From Enoplolaimus lenunculus (taxonomy: Eukaryota), in assembly GCA_030248215.1 (NCBI GenBank), contig JASANG010003582.1, positions 434,001 to 498,000 on the forward strand: a DNA stretch of 64,000 bases, read 5' to 3'. The first letter of the stretch is position 1; every line of letters starts with the position of its first letter. The notes beneath the pieces were generated by a model. It saw only the letters and a program-made list of their open reading frames with translations, was not told where the DNA came from and did no database searches. Position numbers and translations under genes: made by a program. This document shows positions 22,760 to 35,823 of this stretch, one piece after another.

Positions 22760-23169
22760 GGCGTATGAGACATATCAGTATTTTTCATCGTTTCAGTCAA
22801 ACGAACGTGTAAAATTGATCAACACTGTTGCAGTTAGCAACGGGACATGAATTATACCGCTTTGTAGAATAACTGTAGTGCTATATTTATATTATTTACT
22901 ATTATGTTTAATTGCTGTGTTTAGGGTCAGACGTTGGCTTATTATAATGTACCATGTAAAGACACTTACATCTTCATGTTTGAACCAGAACCGTAGCCAC
23001 TGCCATATGTTGCATAGAGCCAGAATATTTCAAATGATGTTATTTCAGCCGTTTGCAAAACCTTGTGCGCTGAGGCTCAAGCATTTATGGCAGAATGTGA
23101 TAAAATTGGTTGGACCTGAAGCCTAATCTTAAGTCTAAGTTATACCCAAATCTAGCAACGACAACAGTT

Positions 23170-23462
23170 GTGAGGGAAATGCTCAAGAGTGTCAGTCTAG
23201 CTAGAAACTGGGACTTCAGACTTTTTTACTAAACAGCTGGACAAGCGGGCCACCACAGTAGACCAGAGCAGGGATCGAACTCTCAGTCGACGGATACTTA
23301 AGCGAACACTGTCCCACTGCGCTACGTAGCCCGCGTCTCCAACTGCATTTTTCGTCGGCTATACGTGTCAACTGTATATGCTGCCAGCTAGCATACATAT
23401 ACAGTGCACTGCACTATATTGCATGTGCACATAACGGACAAGCATTTTTCACATGCTTACAA
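23170..23462 (-). repeat. Family F repeat with tRNA-like module (23261-23331)
   Basis: The minus strand reads TAGCGCAGTGG ... GAGTTCGATCC; the acceptor stem is partial and the anticodon arm does not pair. Confidence 0.6.
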
Positions 23463-24846
23463 AGAGCCAGCCAAGATGTGAACACTAGAATATATTCAGA
23501 TTTTGTATAGTAAAGAAACGTAAATTTCAGTTTGACTATGATCGAAAGTTCAAAACTGGTAAATTCTTGGTTATGGCAAAATTTAAACCTGATCATTGGC
23601 TTCAGTACAAACACACTGTTTGTTTCGAATTCTTTGAGTGCTTGCACTTGCATTTTCACCACTTTTAAATTAGCTTATTTTGTGTTTGTATATATTATGT
23701 AAGTATGATTGTCGCTGATTACATATATTTGATTTCACACACGAATGATTCTGACCCGTATCCTAATGGGAGCCTATGGTTAATCAACTACTCTGTTCGG
23801 AAATTTTTTGCCGTGTTTTCTGGCAAAGTTTAAATATCGCTTGTAAATCATCTCGAATCTTTGCATGCCCCTCCTGAAAATGTTTCAGCCGGCCCGCCCC
23901 CTTGGCAATTTAGCTGGCTACGGGTTTGGAATTATTATGAAGTCTAACAACCTGATCTGTTTATGCCGGTGATATGAGTGTGGGTACCTTGTGCGCTTTC
24001 AAGCATAAAGTTAATAAATAACAATTCGTATTTCTCAGATGGTGTGCGGGTGCATATTTAGGCATTTATGTTTACTTTTAGTTTATTACACTTACATATA
24101 TTAATGGTTTGATAGTTCCGTTTGATTCAGTTCAATTTTGTTTGAATTTATAGAAATTTGTTCCTGCCCAATGTTACTTTGAGGTGACGAACAGTAGTAT
24201 ACGCATATTCCTAATCCCAAGTCAAAACGTCACCGTAACGATAAGCCTATATAACTAATCCTAGACCTAAGCCTAGTCTAAGGTTAAGCAAAGAAATTGG
24301 TCGACAATTTTAAGCTTACTGTATTTATATCCCTCATACAAGCAGCACGTTTCGTTGCTTGTAGCAAAAACTTACCAGACTTGTTTAAGTGGACATCTAA
24401 CTCAAAATTTGCTTTTGGGTCTTAAACCATCAAACCGACTTGGCAATATCAGTGCCGGAGCGTGCAAGGACGGGGGTCCCTTTCAAATTCTCGAGTGGGG
24501 TTACCCAACGGCCAGTGATGGATCAAGTTGATTGTATAGTATGCAAGGTTGGCTGGCCCCCTGTGAATTTAGCTATAAGGACGCGCTCTGAAAATATGAA
24601 TTTCAGCAAGCCAGTAAACGACGGGCCTGGTAGGTTATTTCAGTGTTAGAAGAACCTAAAACCCGAGCGAAACACGAAAATTTTGTGTTCATTTTGTGTA
24701 AAAGTAGCCAATTGGCGTATTTTTATGTAACAACCTGAAACAATTTACACTTTATCGAACCAATGGGGGAAGGCACAACGCGAAGGTTGAAAGGTACGGT
24801 TAACCAGGCATGCAGCTGGAATATGGTCAGAGGGGTTAAGCCATTT

Positions 24847-25037
24847 GGACCAATGTAAACAACAGGGGCGGAACAGTATTGTAAGCATATTTCTAAGCCT
24901 AAGCCTCAGCGTAAGAGTAAGAATGAGCATATTCCTAAGCCTAAGCCTAAGCCAGGCAAATAAAATAGTCTAAAGCTTAACCTTACTCTTTTCTAGTCGC
25001 AAAGAAAAACGTTACGCCCCTGATCTTTACATGAGCC
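24847..25037 (+). mobile_element. Telomere-repeat-bearing MITE family C1
   Basis: TIRs, (GCCTAA)n core, TSD AGCCATTT/AGCCATTG. Confidence 0.85.
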
Positions 25038-25120
25038 AGCCATTGGATAAATTTTGGCTGCGTTGGCAAAGTTTTTGCCCTGATTGTATTAAATACAGAG
25101 AAATCCAGTATTTATCCCTG

Positions 25121-25375
25121 TGGGTACATTCTGTGTATTAAAGAATGTACCCGGCACGCGTTGCGTTTTTGGCCTACCCCCCCCCTTGTTTAGGGGTTCT
25201 TTATGCAGTTTTATATCGTAGTAAAGGAGGAAATTGTAACCTTCCCCTTGTTTAAGGGGGGTAGGTGTACTGAAGCATACTGTTAATCTCTCGCTTAGAC
25301 CCCCCTGATTGAGGGGGGTGTCGAACAAAAATGCAACGCGTTCTGGTACATTCTTTAATACACAGAATGTACCCA
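25121..25375. mobile_element. MITE with perfect 31-bp TIRs that are themselves palindromic
   Basis: TGGGTACATTCTGTGTATTAAAGAATGTACC at the left end and its exact reverse complement at the right end; imperfect pairing extends to ~50 bp. Confidence 0.85.
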
Positions 25376-25779
25376 GTTGCACACTCTCGTTATAAATAGT
25401 GATCATCCACTCTTGGTATAACATATTTGACTGCATCGCTTGTTCTATTTTTGATAAATGAAAGTAGCAAGTAAATTTTAACCATTTAGGAAGTTCAAAG
25501 TTGCTTAAGAAATGATTGTTTAAATTTTACAACGCTAATGTATTAATTGTTTTTACTGTCTTGCGATTTTAGCGCTCGAGCTGTACATATGCGTTTTATA
25601 GTCATCTGTATTTGTTACTGCCTTAAAACTATTAATAAACATAGAATTTTGTGTTAATTTGCAACGAGTAGTAGTTTCGTTTACACATTTTTAAGTTTTT
25701 TAAGTTAAGTACATATTCATCGTTCGCATTCATCTATTAAAAGTCAGGGTGTAAACGAATAGTTAATAAACCGAAAACG

Positions 25780-25948
25780 GGCCAATGTAAAGAACAAGGG
25801 CGGAACAGTATTATAAGCATACTCCTAAGTCTAAGCGTAAGAATGAGCATATTCCTAAGTCTAAGCCAAGCAAAAAATAGTCTAAAGCTTAAACTTACTC
25901 TTCTTTATTCCAGCAGAAAAACGTTCCGTCCCTGATTTTACATGGGCC
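25780..25948 (+). mobile_element. Telomere-repeat-bearing MITE family C1, nested in an older CAGGG-terminal element starting at 25745
   Basis: GGCCAATG...CATGGGCC ends, TSD CGAAAACG/CGGAAACA. Confidence 0.85.
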
Positions 25949-26756
25949 CGGAAACAGAAGCGAAGCGGAAAACGGATATTGAAGAACCGATGTTACTTTT
26001 AGGGGCGCCTAAAATTTTGAAGAAAAATGGCGGATACACCGAAATCTTTATGGTTTTAGATGAATTTCGTAATTTTTATTTCATTTTGGTTTGAACAAGT
26101 GCGGCATATCTGTAATGAAAAATTTGGCAATATATAGGTGACTTATAAACTAGTTTTGAGCATGTGAATAACTGAATTTACGTTATAAACGGACACGGAT
26201 ACCGTAAACGTTTATTTGTCTTGTATCAAAAGCTTAAACGATAATGCAAGGCTATACTTATATAGAATGTACTTCCAAAACTTAAGTATGCGTCGTTATA
26301 TGCTTTCTAAATTTCGCATTAATTGTTCTGCATTTCTTAATTTCCAGCAAGCTTTAGTTGTAATTTCTCATGTATATAACATTTGGTGAGTGAAATTAAT
26401 TGTACCACACAATTAAACACTACAATTCCCTGCGGTGCAGCTGTGCCACGACGTGATCGGGTTATAATGACTGTTGTTTAATTACCTAATTTGCTTCACC
26501 TAATAGCTCTCTCGCTCGGTTTCGCCGAAAGCCAGCTGCTGCGCTTAAGTCTTATATTACGTTGTCTGCGGAGACGCAGTAAGAAAGGGAGCGGCCGTTC
26601 TCTGAGGCCCAAACCGTAAAACTTTGTATTATTTACTGCTAAAATTGCTTTCAGCTAGCTATCTTGGCTCACAAGGCTAAATATATTGCGGTCTCGGCGT
26701 AGGTGACCTGTCGTTATTGGATCTGCTGCTGAGCCTTCTTGTCTATACCCTACTAC

Positions 26757-27128
26757 CAGGGTACAAGCGGAGGTCTGCCTCCGGCTCCGGCTCCGGCAGA
26801 AAATCGGCCTCCAGGTCCGGCTCCGGCTCCGGTAGAACGTTTGCCGGAGGCTCCGGCAATTTCGGTAGTAAAATTTTGCAAAATTTATCTATTTAGCGCG
26901 TTTTGTTTCACATTTGTACAATTTTTAGGAAAGGGTTTCCGAAATTTGGCAGAAAATTAGCGTAAAACCAAACAACTTAAACAACATACTACAGATATTT
27001 GCGAAAATTATATAACTAATAAAACATTATTTTTACTACCTAATTTCGCCTCACCTCCGGCTCCGACTCCGGCAATTTCGTTGACCTCCGTCTCCGGCTC
27101 CGGTATATTCACCTCGTGTTGTACCCTG
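26757..27128. mobile_element. hAT-like MITE (family B variant) with (CTCCGG)n subterminal repeats
   Basis: TIR CAGGGTACAA / TTGTACCCTG, perfect 8-bp TSD CCTACTAC. Confidence 0.9.
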
Positions 27129-29424
27129 CCTACTACAGGTATCCGCGTACCCTCACTCGTCCAGTATCTTATTCGGCCAGCAATAAAATTGAACATGAAC
27201 CAACTTCTTTAAAACGGGAATGAATTACATTCGCTCATGAAATTTCTGAAGAGCGTATACCCTTCACTGTCTCAATCATTCTGAATGATTAAGCAAACTC
27301 TTGTTGGCCGAACGAGCTTTTGGCTGTGTGAGAGTGTATCTATATACGTGCCTTATTAATTGAAATTTTAGTATGTCTAACAGTATTGGTTTCCTGTTTA
27401 GTGCCCGTATTCACAAATGTGTGTAGCACCTATCGCAAATTAGCTATACAGCTTTTACACTAAAAAATAAAACCTTTGAAATGGGGTTCGTTTATTGGGA
27501 TTAAAGATCACACATACATCTGCAGCGTAGGGTGGAGTTCCGGTTTCGCCACTCTTGCAGTTCGCATGTTTGAAAATGTATTTCTAATTGGTGATGGATA
27601 GGGACTTCCTACAGTTTGGAGCGTCATTTCAGTTTTTCTGTTCCTATTAACATCCAGCTACGTGGAATAGGAGTAATATCATGCAAGTGACTTGTCAGTG
27701 CATCACATGGCACATCGTTTTTGTGATTTTTTCTTAAGTTAATTTTACTACTGTAGTGACCCGAATAAGAGTGGGACTGATATTTTTTTGGCCTCAACAT
27801 AGGGTACCCCTGTTATTCGGTTACGGACTGCGATTTATTTTTTAAACCACCCTTCGCGCCATTCGTTGCAGATATATCTAGTATTGCAACTATCCGTTGA
27901 ATTAAATGTTTATTTTGTCGTGTATCAAAAGCTTGAGCGGTAATGCAACGTTATACTTAGGAATGTACTGTCAAAACTTAAGTATGCTTTAAAGTTTCGC
28001 ACTCAACCTTATTTTGTCCTGGAGTCATTTATACACTATAATTAGGGATAATTGACGTTTATAAACTCTAACTAGGGTTTAGGGACTTTTTTCGCTTACG
28101 CGCTCTTACAAGGGATACAGACTCCTTTTGATTTGACTCAAAATCGAGATCCCCTGCACGGCAAAAAAGAGAAATTTTTTAGCAATATATACCTTAGCTG
28201 GCACGTGTCACAACGAAAGAACTCGCTAACGAAGGATAGTACTTAAGGAACCGGACGTATTTTTTGCATAAGTAAACGGTTTTAGTGTGATCCACTGAAA
28301 TTAAAGAACTGGATTAGCCTAGATTTACCGTTGATATTCGTGTTATAGATATCTAAATAGCACCACAGGGCTAATTGATGCACGAAAGCTTACACAATAG
28401 ATCTGCTTAAAAACAACGGGCTTTTCCAATATTTCTATAACGGAAACGGAAATCGAGTTTTATCGGTAATAGCAACAGATATCCGACTTTGCTCATAAAC
28501 CATTCAAGTTGCAACTGTTCAATTTGAAATAAAAATGAGGAAATTCATGTAAATTTTTATAAATATAGGGTATATCCGCTGTTTTTCTCTACAAAATTTC
28601 TCAAACCCCAGTATATGATATTGGTATGCTTCAACGGTATGGCTTGAAAAACAGACCATCATCGAAACTGTTTTACTTCAATATCCGTTTTTGGATTTTC
28701 GTTCCCGACAGTTTGATCACTATTCGTTTCAGGGTCTGTGATTATTACTGTCCCTGACAATAGAGACATTGTCAATTTTACTCGGAAATATTACATGGAA
28801 ATCGGCTTCGATATAAAAGCCCAAAAAATAGATCAATTTAAGTATAGTTGTCTTCTGGCCGTCTTACAAATGAGCCTCATATAGCGATCACCCGAGCTTA
28901 ATTTGGAGCAATTTATTCAGCACGTAATGTTGCGTATTAATGTGTTTTGTTCGTGTGAAACAGTGCTCGCGTGTATACACCGTGACGAAAAGTGGCGATA
29001 GAACTTATTTTTATTGCTTCTATTGTTTACCTCAATATATTTTGTTTGATCTTGAATCCTAGCCAAATGGTGCTCTAGAGCGAACAGAACCAGTCCGTAA
29101 TTTCTCATTCAATGTTGGCGTCCAGTCTGACATCCGGACCACTGTGGGTCCAGGTCTGGTGTTGGATGCTTCCGACGAGTCCTGATTGGACGCACATGTA
29201 CTACACAGGCGATGGCTGATGAATATGTTTTTTATCTTTGCTACATTGTTTTCGTGATTTCAACAGCAAAACTTAAACTTGCAGTCGTCCAGCAATTAGC
29301 GATTGATGAGCCTGAGAACATCAGGCGACTTCCAGTCCGGGACCGGCGGTGTGCCATTCCCAGATCGGTCCCGTCCTGAACGCAATCTGTCGGATAGTTT
29401 TTTTGCGGTCCGTTGTTATCGCTA

Positions 29425-29809
29425 CTGTAGTTCCCGAATAAGAGGGGGACTGATATTCATTTGGCCTGTCCGGTAGGTGCCCCCTGTCATTCGGTTGCGG
29501 ACTGTTATGTATTTTTAATGTATTTGGTGCTGGAGTCGCTTATGAATTACAATTTGAGATAATTGACATTGACAGATTCTAACTAGGGTGTACAGATTCT
29601 AACTAGGGTGTAGGGCTTTTTCCGCTTACGGACTCTTACTAGGGATACAGACTCCAATTGATTGGACTCATAATGGGGATGCCCCTCTTTTTACCCCCTC
29701 TTATTCGAGTAGGGTTTAGGGAACTCTTAAGGGATACGTACTCCAATTGATTGGGACTCAAAATGGAATCTCTTTCTTTATTGCTCCCGTCTTATTCGGG
29801 TCACTACAG
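29425..29809. mobile_element. Tc1/mariner-like MITE (family J)
   Basis: TA|CTGTAGTTCCCGAATAAGA ... TCTTATTCGGGTCACTACAG|TA; partial relatives at ~27751-28155 and ~18929. Confidence 0.78.
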
Positions 29810-30007
29810 TATTGCTAAATTAGAGATCGCGGTCAACAATGCAATCAAATGTTTACTTTTATTTAAACGGTCACCTTGACCTCTTAGCTACGAATAATTT
29901 CTAAAGTATTTAAATTTTGACTAATTGTGGTTTAAAGAAACGTATTCCCACGACCAAGGCATTTTGGAACCGCCACTAATCTTAAGCTTAAAAATGTCAC
30001 AAATAAC

Positions 30008-30163
30008 GGCCAATGTAAAGAACATGGTGCGGTACAGCATTTTAAGCATATTCCCAAGCCTAAGCCTAAGCCTAAGCCAAGCGAAAAAAATTAGTCTAAA
30101 GCTTAAGGTTATTCTATTCTAGTCGAACAGAAAAGCGTTCCTCCCCTGATCTTTACATGGGCC
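30008..30163 (+). mobile_element. Telomere-repeat-bearing MITE family C1
   Basis: TIRs and perfect 8-bp TSD CAAATAAC. Confidence 0.9.
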
Positions 30164-30637
30164 CAAATAACAACGGAGTTTAGTAATAACGTTCAGAAAC
30201 TATTTCATCTCAAATTTCTATTCTCCAAAATACCTAAACCTATGCCAAACGTCTACATCTTTAGTCTGAGTTATGCATCCATCTGAAAAATTCGGAAAGT
30301 GAAACGGAGTATACAAATGCCACGGATAACATTTTATTTTGACTTTTAGACCACCAGTACAAAATCGATCTAATATACGCATAATTGAAACAAACTAATG
30401 ATACATTTAGTTGAATCTCGGAAAGTTCGTTAAAAAGCTGCCTTATGCAAATTTTGATATAAAATATGTGAGAATATGTTCTGTTTTCCGTTCAATCCTT
30501 ATCCGATTAAACTCATACAATGCGACCACGAGACTGATTTGAAAGTCGTCTGCTAAACTAAAACAAGTACTAAAAACTAATCAATGTTAGCTAGCGGCTA
30601 GCCGATACGTCGGAAGCAGTTCCGTGTTCGACTGTAG

Positions 30638-30827
30638 GGCTCATGTAAAGATCGAGGGCGGAGAGTTTTTCTGTCGGACTAGAACAGAATAAGCTTAAGC
30701 TTTAGACTAACTTTTTTGATTGGCTTATGCTTAGGCTTAGGCTTAGGCTTAGGAATATGTTCATTGTTACGCTTAGGCTTAGGAATATGCTTATAATACT
30801 GTTCAGCCCCTGTTCTTTGCATTGGCC
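30638..30827 (-). mobile_element. Telomere-repeat-bearing MITE family C1
   Basis: TIRs, TSD GACTGTAG/GTCTGTAG. Confidence 0.88.
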
Positions 30828-31363
30828 GTCTGTAGAAACTATAGTAAATACATAATCGGAGTTGTAGCCAGGATTTCGATTCGAAACGGTATAATTTCAT
30901 GCACCAGAAAATTGTTTTAACCTCTATGATCCAGAAGGTTACGTGTAGTATAAAGTTTGTTAAAAGTGATTTTTCTTGACATTCTAAGGAAAGATATATC
31001 CCCTGTTATCACTTCCCTTGTCCACAATCCTAAATATAACTTGATTTTTTCCACCAACCAACATTTAATTGACGACTTTTGTTGGTGAAACGGATTCTGC
31101 ATATGCATTTCCTATGAAAGAGTGGTAGATGACGTAAATTTGGGTTTAGTTCATATCCGTAATAAACTTTGTATCGCGTTATTAGCCAGCAGGGTAGGAA
31201 ATATGTGGCCACCGAAGCTATCGTTGTGAGCCCGTGATCCGCACCTACCCTCAGCCTGACCCTATACCTCAACCAATTTTTTGAAGGACTTTAGTGAACG
31301 ACTAGAAAAGGGCACGTTTGCACGCTTTAAAATAAACTGCAATGCAAATTTTTTTCAGAAATT

Positions 31364-31573
31364 GGCCCATGTAAAGATCCGGGGAGGAACGTTTTTCTGT
31401 GGGACTGAGAAAGAGTAATCTTAAGCTTTAGACTTTTTTGCTTGGCTTATGCTTATTCTTAGGTTTAGGCTTAGGAATATGCTCATTCTTGCGCGTAGAC
31501 TAAGACTTAGGCTAAAGGCTTATGCTTAGGAATATGCTTATAATACTGTTCGCGCGTGTTCTTTGCATTGGCC
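31364..31573 (-). mobile_element. Telomere-repeat-bearing MITE family C1
   Basis: TIRs and perfect TSD CAGAAATT. Confidence 0.9.
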
Positions 31574-32853
31574 CAGAAATTGAACAATTTGCATTCGCAT
31601 AATTTTCTAGAGCTCAATTTGTTCTGCAATTAAAATACATTGCAAAAATTAAATATATAATAGGTGTTTTGAAAAATAAATGAAAATTTAGTGTGATAAA
31701 TTATGACAACTTCTTCTAATTATAAAGTTACCATGGATTGTTTACATGCCGACGCGTTCTTGGCTACTTGTTGAAGACTTAATTTTCAATAGGTTCTTCG
31801 GGTCGAGTGCATTTAAGCGGTGTGTGACGATAGGACTACAATACTTCAATGTATTAGTGTTACAATTTTGATTTTAGAAACTTGACATTGTACTTTGAGG
31901 GAAAATTTGCAGTTTTAATAGATTGCAGAGCGCCCGCTGCTGTACTGCAGCCAGTGATTAAATAAGGAAATCTTCACAAGAATGGATGCAAACCTCAAAC
32001 TTGCAATTTCATTAAAATTTGTTCGGATTTGAAATTGTTTTGTCGCTTCGTTTTCAAATGGATCATACAATTTGTCGGTCCATGTAAAGATAAGGGGTGA
32101 AACGTTATTCCGTGGGACTGGAATAGGATAAGCTTAAGGTTTAGACTAATTTTTGACTTAGCTTTAGGTTTGAGCTGATTTGCAAACGGAACATAAACTT
32201 TTCAGGGGAGTGATAAAATTTTAGAGGTGGCTAAAAACGTTGAGTCCCAGTGTTCGCGGCACTGGATCGAAATTATGAATCTTCAATTGCGATCAAATAA
32301 CCGGCACATATACCAATGACTTTTCAACCAGAATCTTCAAAAAGGGCGGCGTCGGCCAGTTGTCGTCTCTAGAGGCGATTCCAAGAACGCTCGTTCGGTG
32401 CCCTTCTTGATCCAGTTTAGTATAAAGCCGGAAAATTGTCAAATATAAACATAAAAAATGCTTCAATCAGGCGATGTCAATCGATTGTATGCGTTAAAAT
32501 ATTATCACATTCAGTGGATCTCATCCTGTGACCCGTTAACTTGTTTCAGGATCCGTCACTGTCCTATCGTTTTAGTCTACAACCCTGCTCAAAGAGCTAA
32601 TGGTATAAATATCTTGTCTGTACCCGGATTCAATCGGTTTTAAATAGCTGTTTTATGTGGTTTTTGCATGCCTAAGACTGGCTGTCTACTTAATTTCATT
32701 TTTCAATTTTCTTTTATTCGACCGCATTTATTTGTTTGTTTTTCTAGGAAATACCAATGTTTTGAAGGACTGTTGCAGCTTCTAGGCGAATTGCGTTTTA
32801 ATAGATGTTTATATACATTGCTCAATTACGTTGATTCGTCTAAACCTGCACTT

Positions 32854-33022
32854 CGGGCACGTAGTCAAAGGGGGAACAGGGGAGGCTCAGCCCCCCCCCC
32901 CCGGAAAAATTTTGGCCCCCTAGAGAATTTTCAACCTTGTTTGTAACTCATTGAAAACTCTTGAATGCTCCTCCTAAAGAAATTTTAGCCCACCCTAGCA
33001 AGGTGAGTTGGCTACGGGCCTG
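32854..33022 (+). mobile_element. hAT-like MITE family A
   Basis: Family TIRs, TSD CTGCACTT/CAGCACTT. Confidence 0.85.
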
Positions 33023-34667
33023 CAGCACTTTCGAATATCGTTGTTAGGGGACGCAGAGTCGGGGCGGCAAATGGGGAACTTGCCCTCCCACTTTTCGATA
33101 AAATAGCATTTTGCCTCAACCCACCATTCCTTCACTTTTTTAGATTTCAGTCCTGCAAAACAAAGCCAATCCAATCTGACGCGTATTTTCAAAAAAAATT
33201 TACACAAAAATTCCACACTAAATCTGATTGGGTATCTTTGTTTCCTAAATTCTTCGTTTTTTGCCCAATATTTTGACCAATTACCCGTTCAAGTAAATAT
33301 TTTCTGTTTTGTAACTTGTCGTTGTTTCACGTTTCTGATTTCTTATACTCCGCCATAATTCCGAACTCGTCTTCCAGCCAGAGAGCAACCAGAGAAATAT
33401 TAATTTTTTTCGCTTCAGTAGACATCATACACTGAAGCGTTTTGGCTTCAATGTGGTGCTGGCTACAAAAACTTTGATTGGCTTCTGTGCCCGTTACTCA
33501 CAACGCTTTTAAAACTGTTCATGCTGCGAGAATGTGCAGCTGCAAATTGCACGCAGAAATTGCATTTTTGATCAGCCATTGAGAACGCGGCTGCAAAAAA
33601 TTAACTGAACTTGCATGGTTGTTCACACATGTGAACTAAATTCCTAGCTATGATTTTTAATGAATGACTTGCAGCTGCAAGTTTTACAGAACTTGCAAAT
33701 GAAAGTTGCAGCTGCAAGGTCTCGCAGCAAAAACTTGCACGTGTGAATAGGGCTTTGCCTGGTGTACACATATAGTGGATGCGTAGCATAAATATTTACC
33801 ATGTACCATCGTGGTATATGTTACATTTAAAGCGATGCATTATATATTTTGATGAATTGAGGATCCATCTACAAAATACATCGTTGAGAAATGGCGGTGT
33901 TGAAGTTAAAATAATTTATGCTTAAAATAATTGAATAAACCAAGGTTGAAACATTTATGCTTCAGTGGTTTGCCATTAGTCCACCAACCCTTTTGGACTC
34001 TCAGATATTTTCGTTTTTTGTTTTAGTAAACGGTTCGTTTCACCGCTTGCAGTATATTGATTAGAAACAGAGCACAAACCCAACGCGGCAGCCCCAATTC
34101 ATCATTGCCGTAGCCTTAAATTTCAACTCCGGTGGATATACCTCGTTTAAAGCCATTTTAGCCATCGAGATTGAGCGAGCGAGTAACATTTTTGAACTCC
34201 TAGAATCAAGCAGGTTTTATTTTAACTTTTCAAAACCAACAAATGCTTGCTATTTTTTTAACCTTTCTCAACAATTTCCACAGAGAATATATCCCCTATG
34301 CTTCGCTTTACGCCCCTGTACAGCCTGTGAAGATCTGTTACAACGGCAAACGACTGTCGCCAATTAGAACAACACAAACTCCTCCAACTGAAATACATAA
34401 GTGACAACGAATAAGCGTTTTTTTTCGCAACGGGTGTTTCTTTAAAATTTGAACCAAAACAAATTATCTTCCGCTGTATAAGACCGTTTTGGTGCCTCTA
34501 CGTCTGGCGTTTTGAAGCATTCTTAAGTTTTTAGCTGGTTCAACTGTACGCGGTTGAAATAATATTCACTTTTCGCGTAAATATTTCACACGTTTAGGTT
34601 GCCTGTTGAGGCGTTTACATAGAAACAATGTGCGTTTTTTTGTCTTGTCTACCAAGCGTGCCATTAA

Positions 34668-34933
34668 CCCTTTCTCACATGAATATTTGCAATTTCACAC
34701 GAGATGTAATTTCACTGTGAGATTAATAGAACCCCAGTCTCACGGGTGGGAGGCGTTTACGATGACCACTGAGCTATAGGAGCTTGACGCTCGAGCCCGA
34801 GGGGGCTCTCACATCTTGTGGAGATTTAACACTGCGTATATATGTTATAGATATTAAACACTGCTCACAGTGTGTGTATTGCTTGTACATTATTGTATTT
34901 AGTTGCTCATTGTATACTCTATGAGTGAAAGGG
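34668..34933. mobile_element. piggyBac-like MITE family E
   Basis: TTAA|CCCTTTCTCACAT ... ATGAGTGAAAGGG|TTAA. Confidence 0.85.
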
Positions 34934-35256
34934 TTAATTATAAGAATGTATTGATACTAAGCTTTGAAAGAAGTAGTTGCTTGCTCTGCGCCAATTTCAC
35001 GCGCATCTAATAAAATCAGTTTGCATTCCAGTAGTTATTTAGGCCACCCTGAACGATAATTGCGTCTGGAACATTAATGATGGATTAAGTATGTACGATG
35101 GACACCAGCTGATAAATTTGCTCCATTTGCAGCCTTTTTCGGAAAGTTTCTACTGTTGCACACGCAAAAATTCACTTTCAATATGGTAGAATATTTTTCT
35201 TAAAAATCTTATAAATTCTACGCTTGAACTTTCAACAAATGCAAGTATGAAGCAAT

Positions 35257-35823
35257 GGCTGGGTTTCCAAAATCTTACTTAAGTATTTACTTAAGTTATA
35301 CTTATATAATTACTTAAGTTACCGACTTAAGTAAATACTTAACTTTTTGAGCAAATACAAACAAACGCCAGATGTGAGAAACGATCAAAACAAAAGTTTT
35401 GCTTTATATTAAGGAGGTATCACGAGTTTACGGGTCTTTTCCGTTATCCCCCCAGCCCGCGTTTGCCCAAAAATGATTCGATTTTGAAAATTTTTACATA
35501 TTTCAGCTCATGACCTTCCCTGATCATTGCACGCCTAAATTTGAACTTTTGAAAATTCGATTTTTTAAGGTCCTAGGTCCACCCCTTTGAAATCGAAAAA
35601 AAATTTTGTCACAAATTTTTAAATTTTTCGCATCATTTGACGCAGTTTCGCGCGCTGAGTCAAATGATGTTAAATTCCTCGCGATAACCCTAACGGTTCA
35701 CGAGTTATGCTCAAAAACGTTTATATGACTTAACTTAAGGACGCTTTCAAAAACGACAAAGTGGTTAAGTAATTCTTAGCACATACTTCAGTAGTACTTA
35801 AGTAGGGTTTCAGAAACCCAGCC
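35257..35823. mobile_element. PIF/Harbinger-like MITE family G carrying a foreign ~290-bp internal segment
   Basis: TIR GGCTGGGTTTC / GAAACCCAGCC, TSD AAT; the ~35430-35720 segment is not present in the 9136 copy. Confidence 0.75.

Noticed and set aside
22665..22850. (LRLRL/LSLSL/KPKPK)-type short ORFs here and at 24745, 29925, 30679 and 36645
   Set aside because: These are translations of TTAGGC arrays in family C MITEs.
23261..23331. Functional tRNA gene
   Set aside because: A and B boxes are present but the anticodon and T stems do not pair; treated as a tRNA-derived repeat.
26476..26493. SL1-like sequence GTTTAATTACCTAATTTG
   Set aside because: Only a partial match to the 22-nt SL1, with no following GT donor or Sm-binding site; plausible by chance in AT-rich DNA.
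29302..29340. Hammerhead-like TTGATGA-GCCTGA/TCAGGC-GAC
   Set aside because: A 6-bp stem is present, but the core deviates (TTGATGA, GACT instead of GAAA) and no stem I forms.
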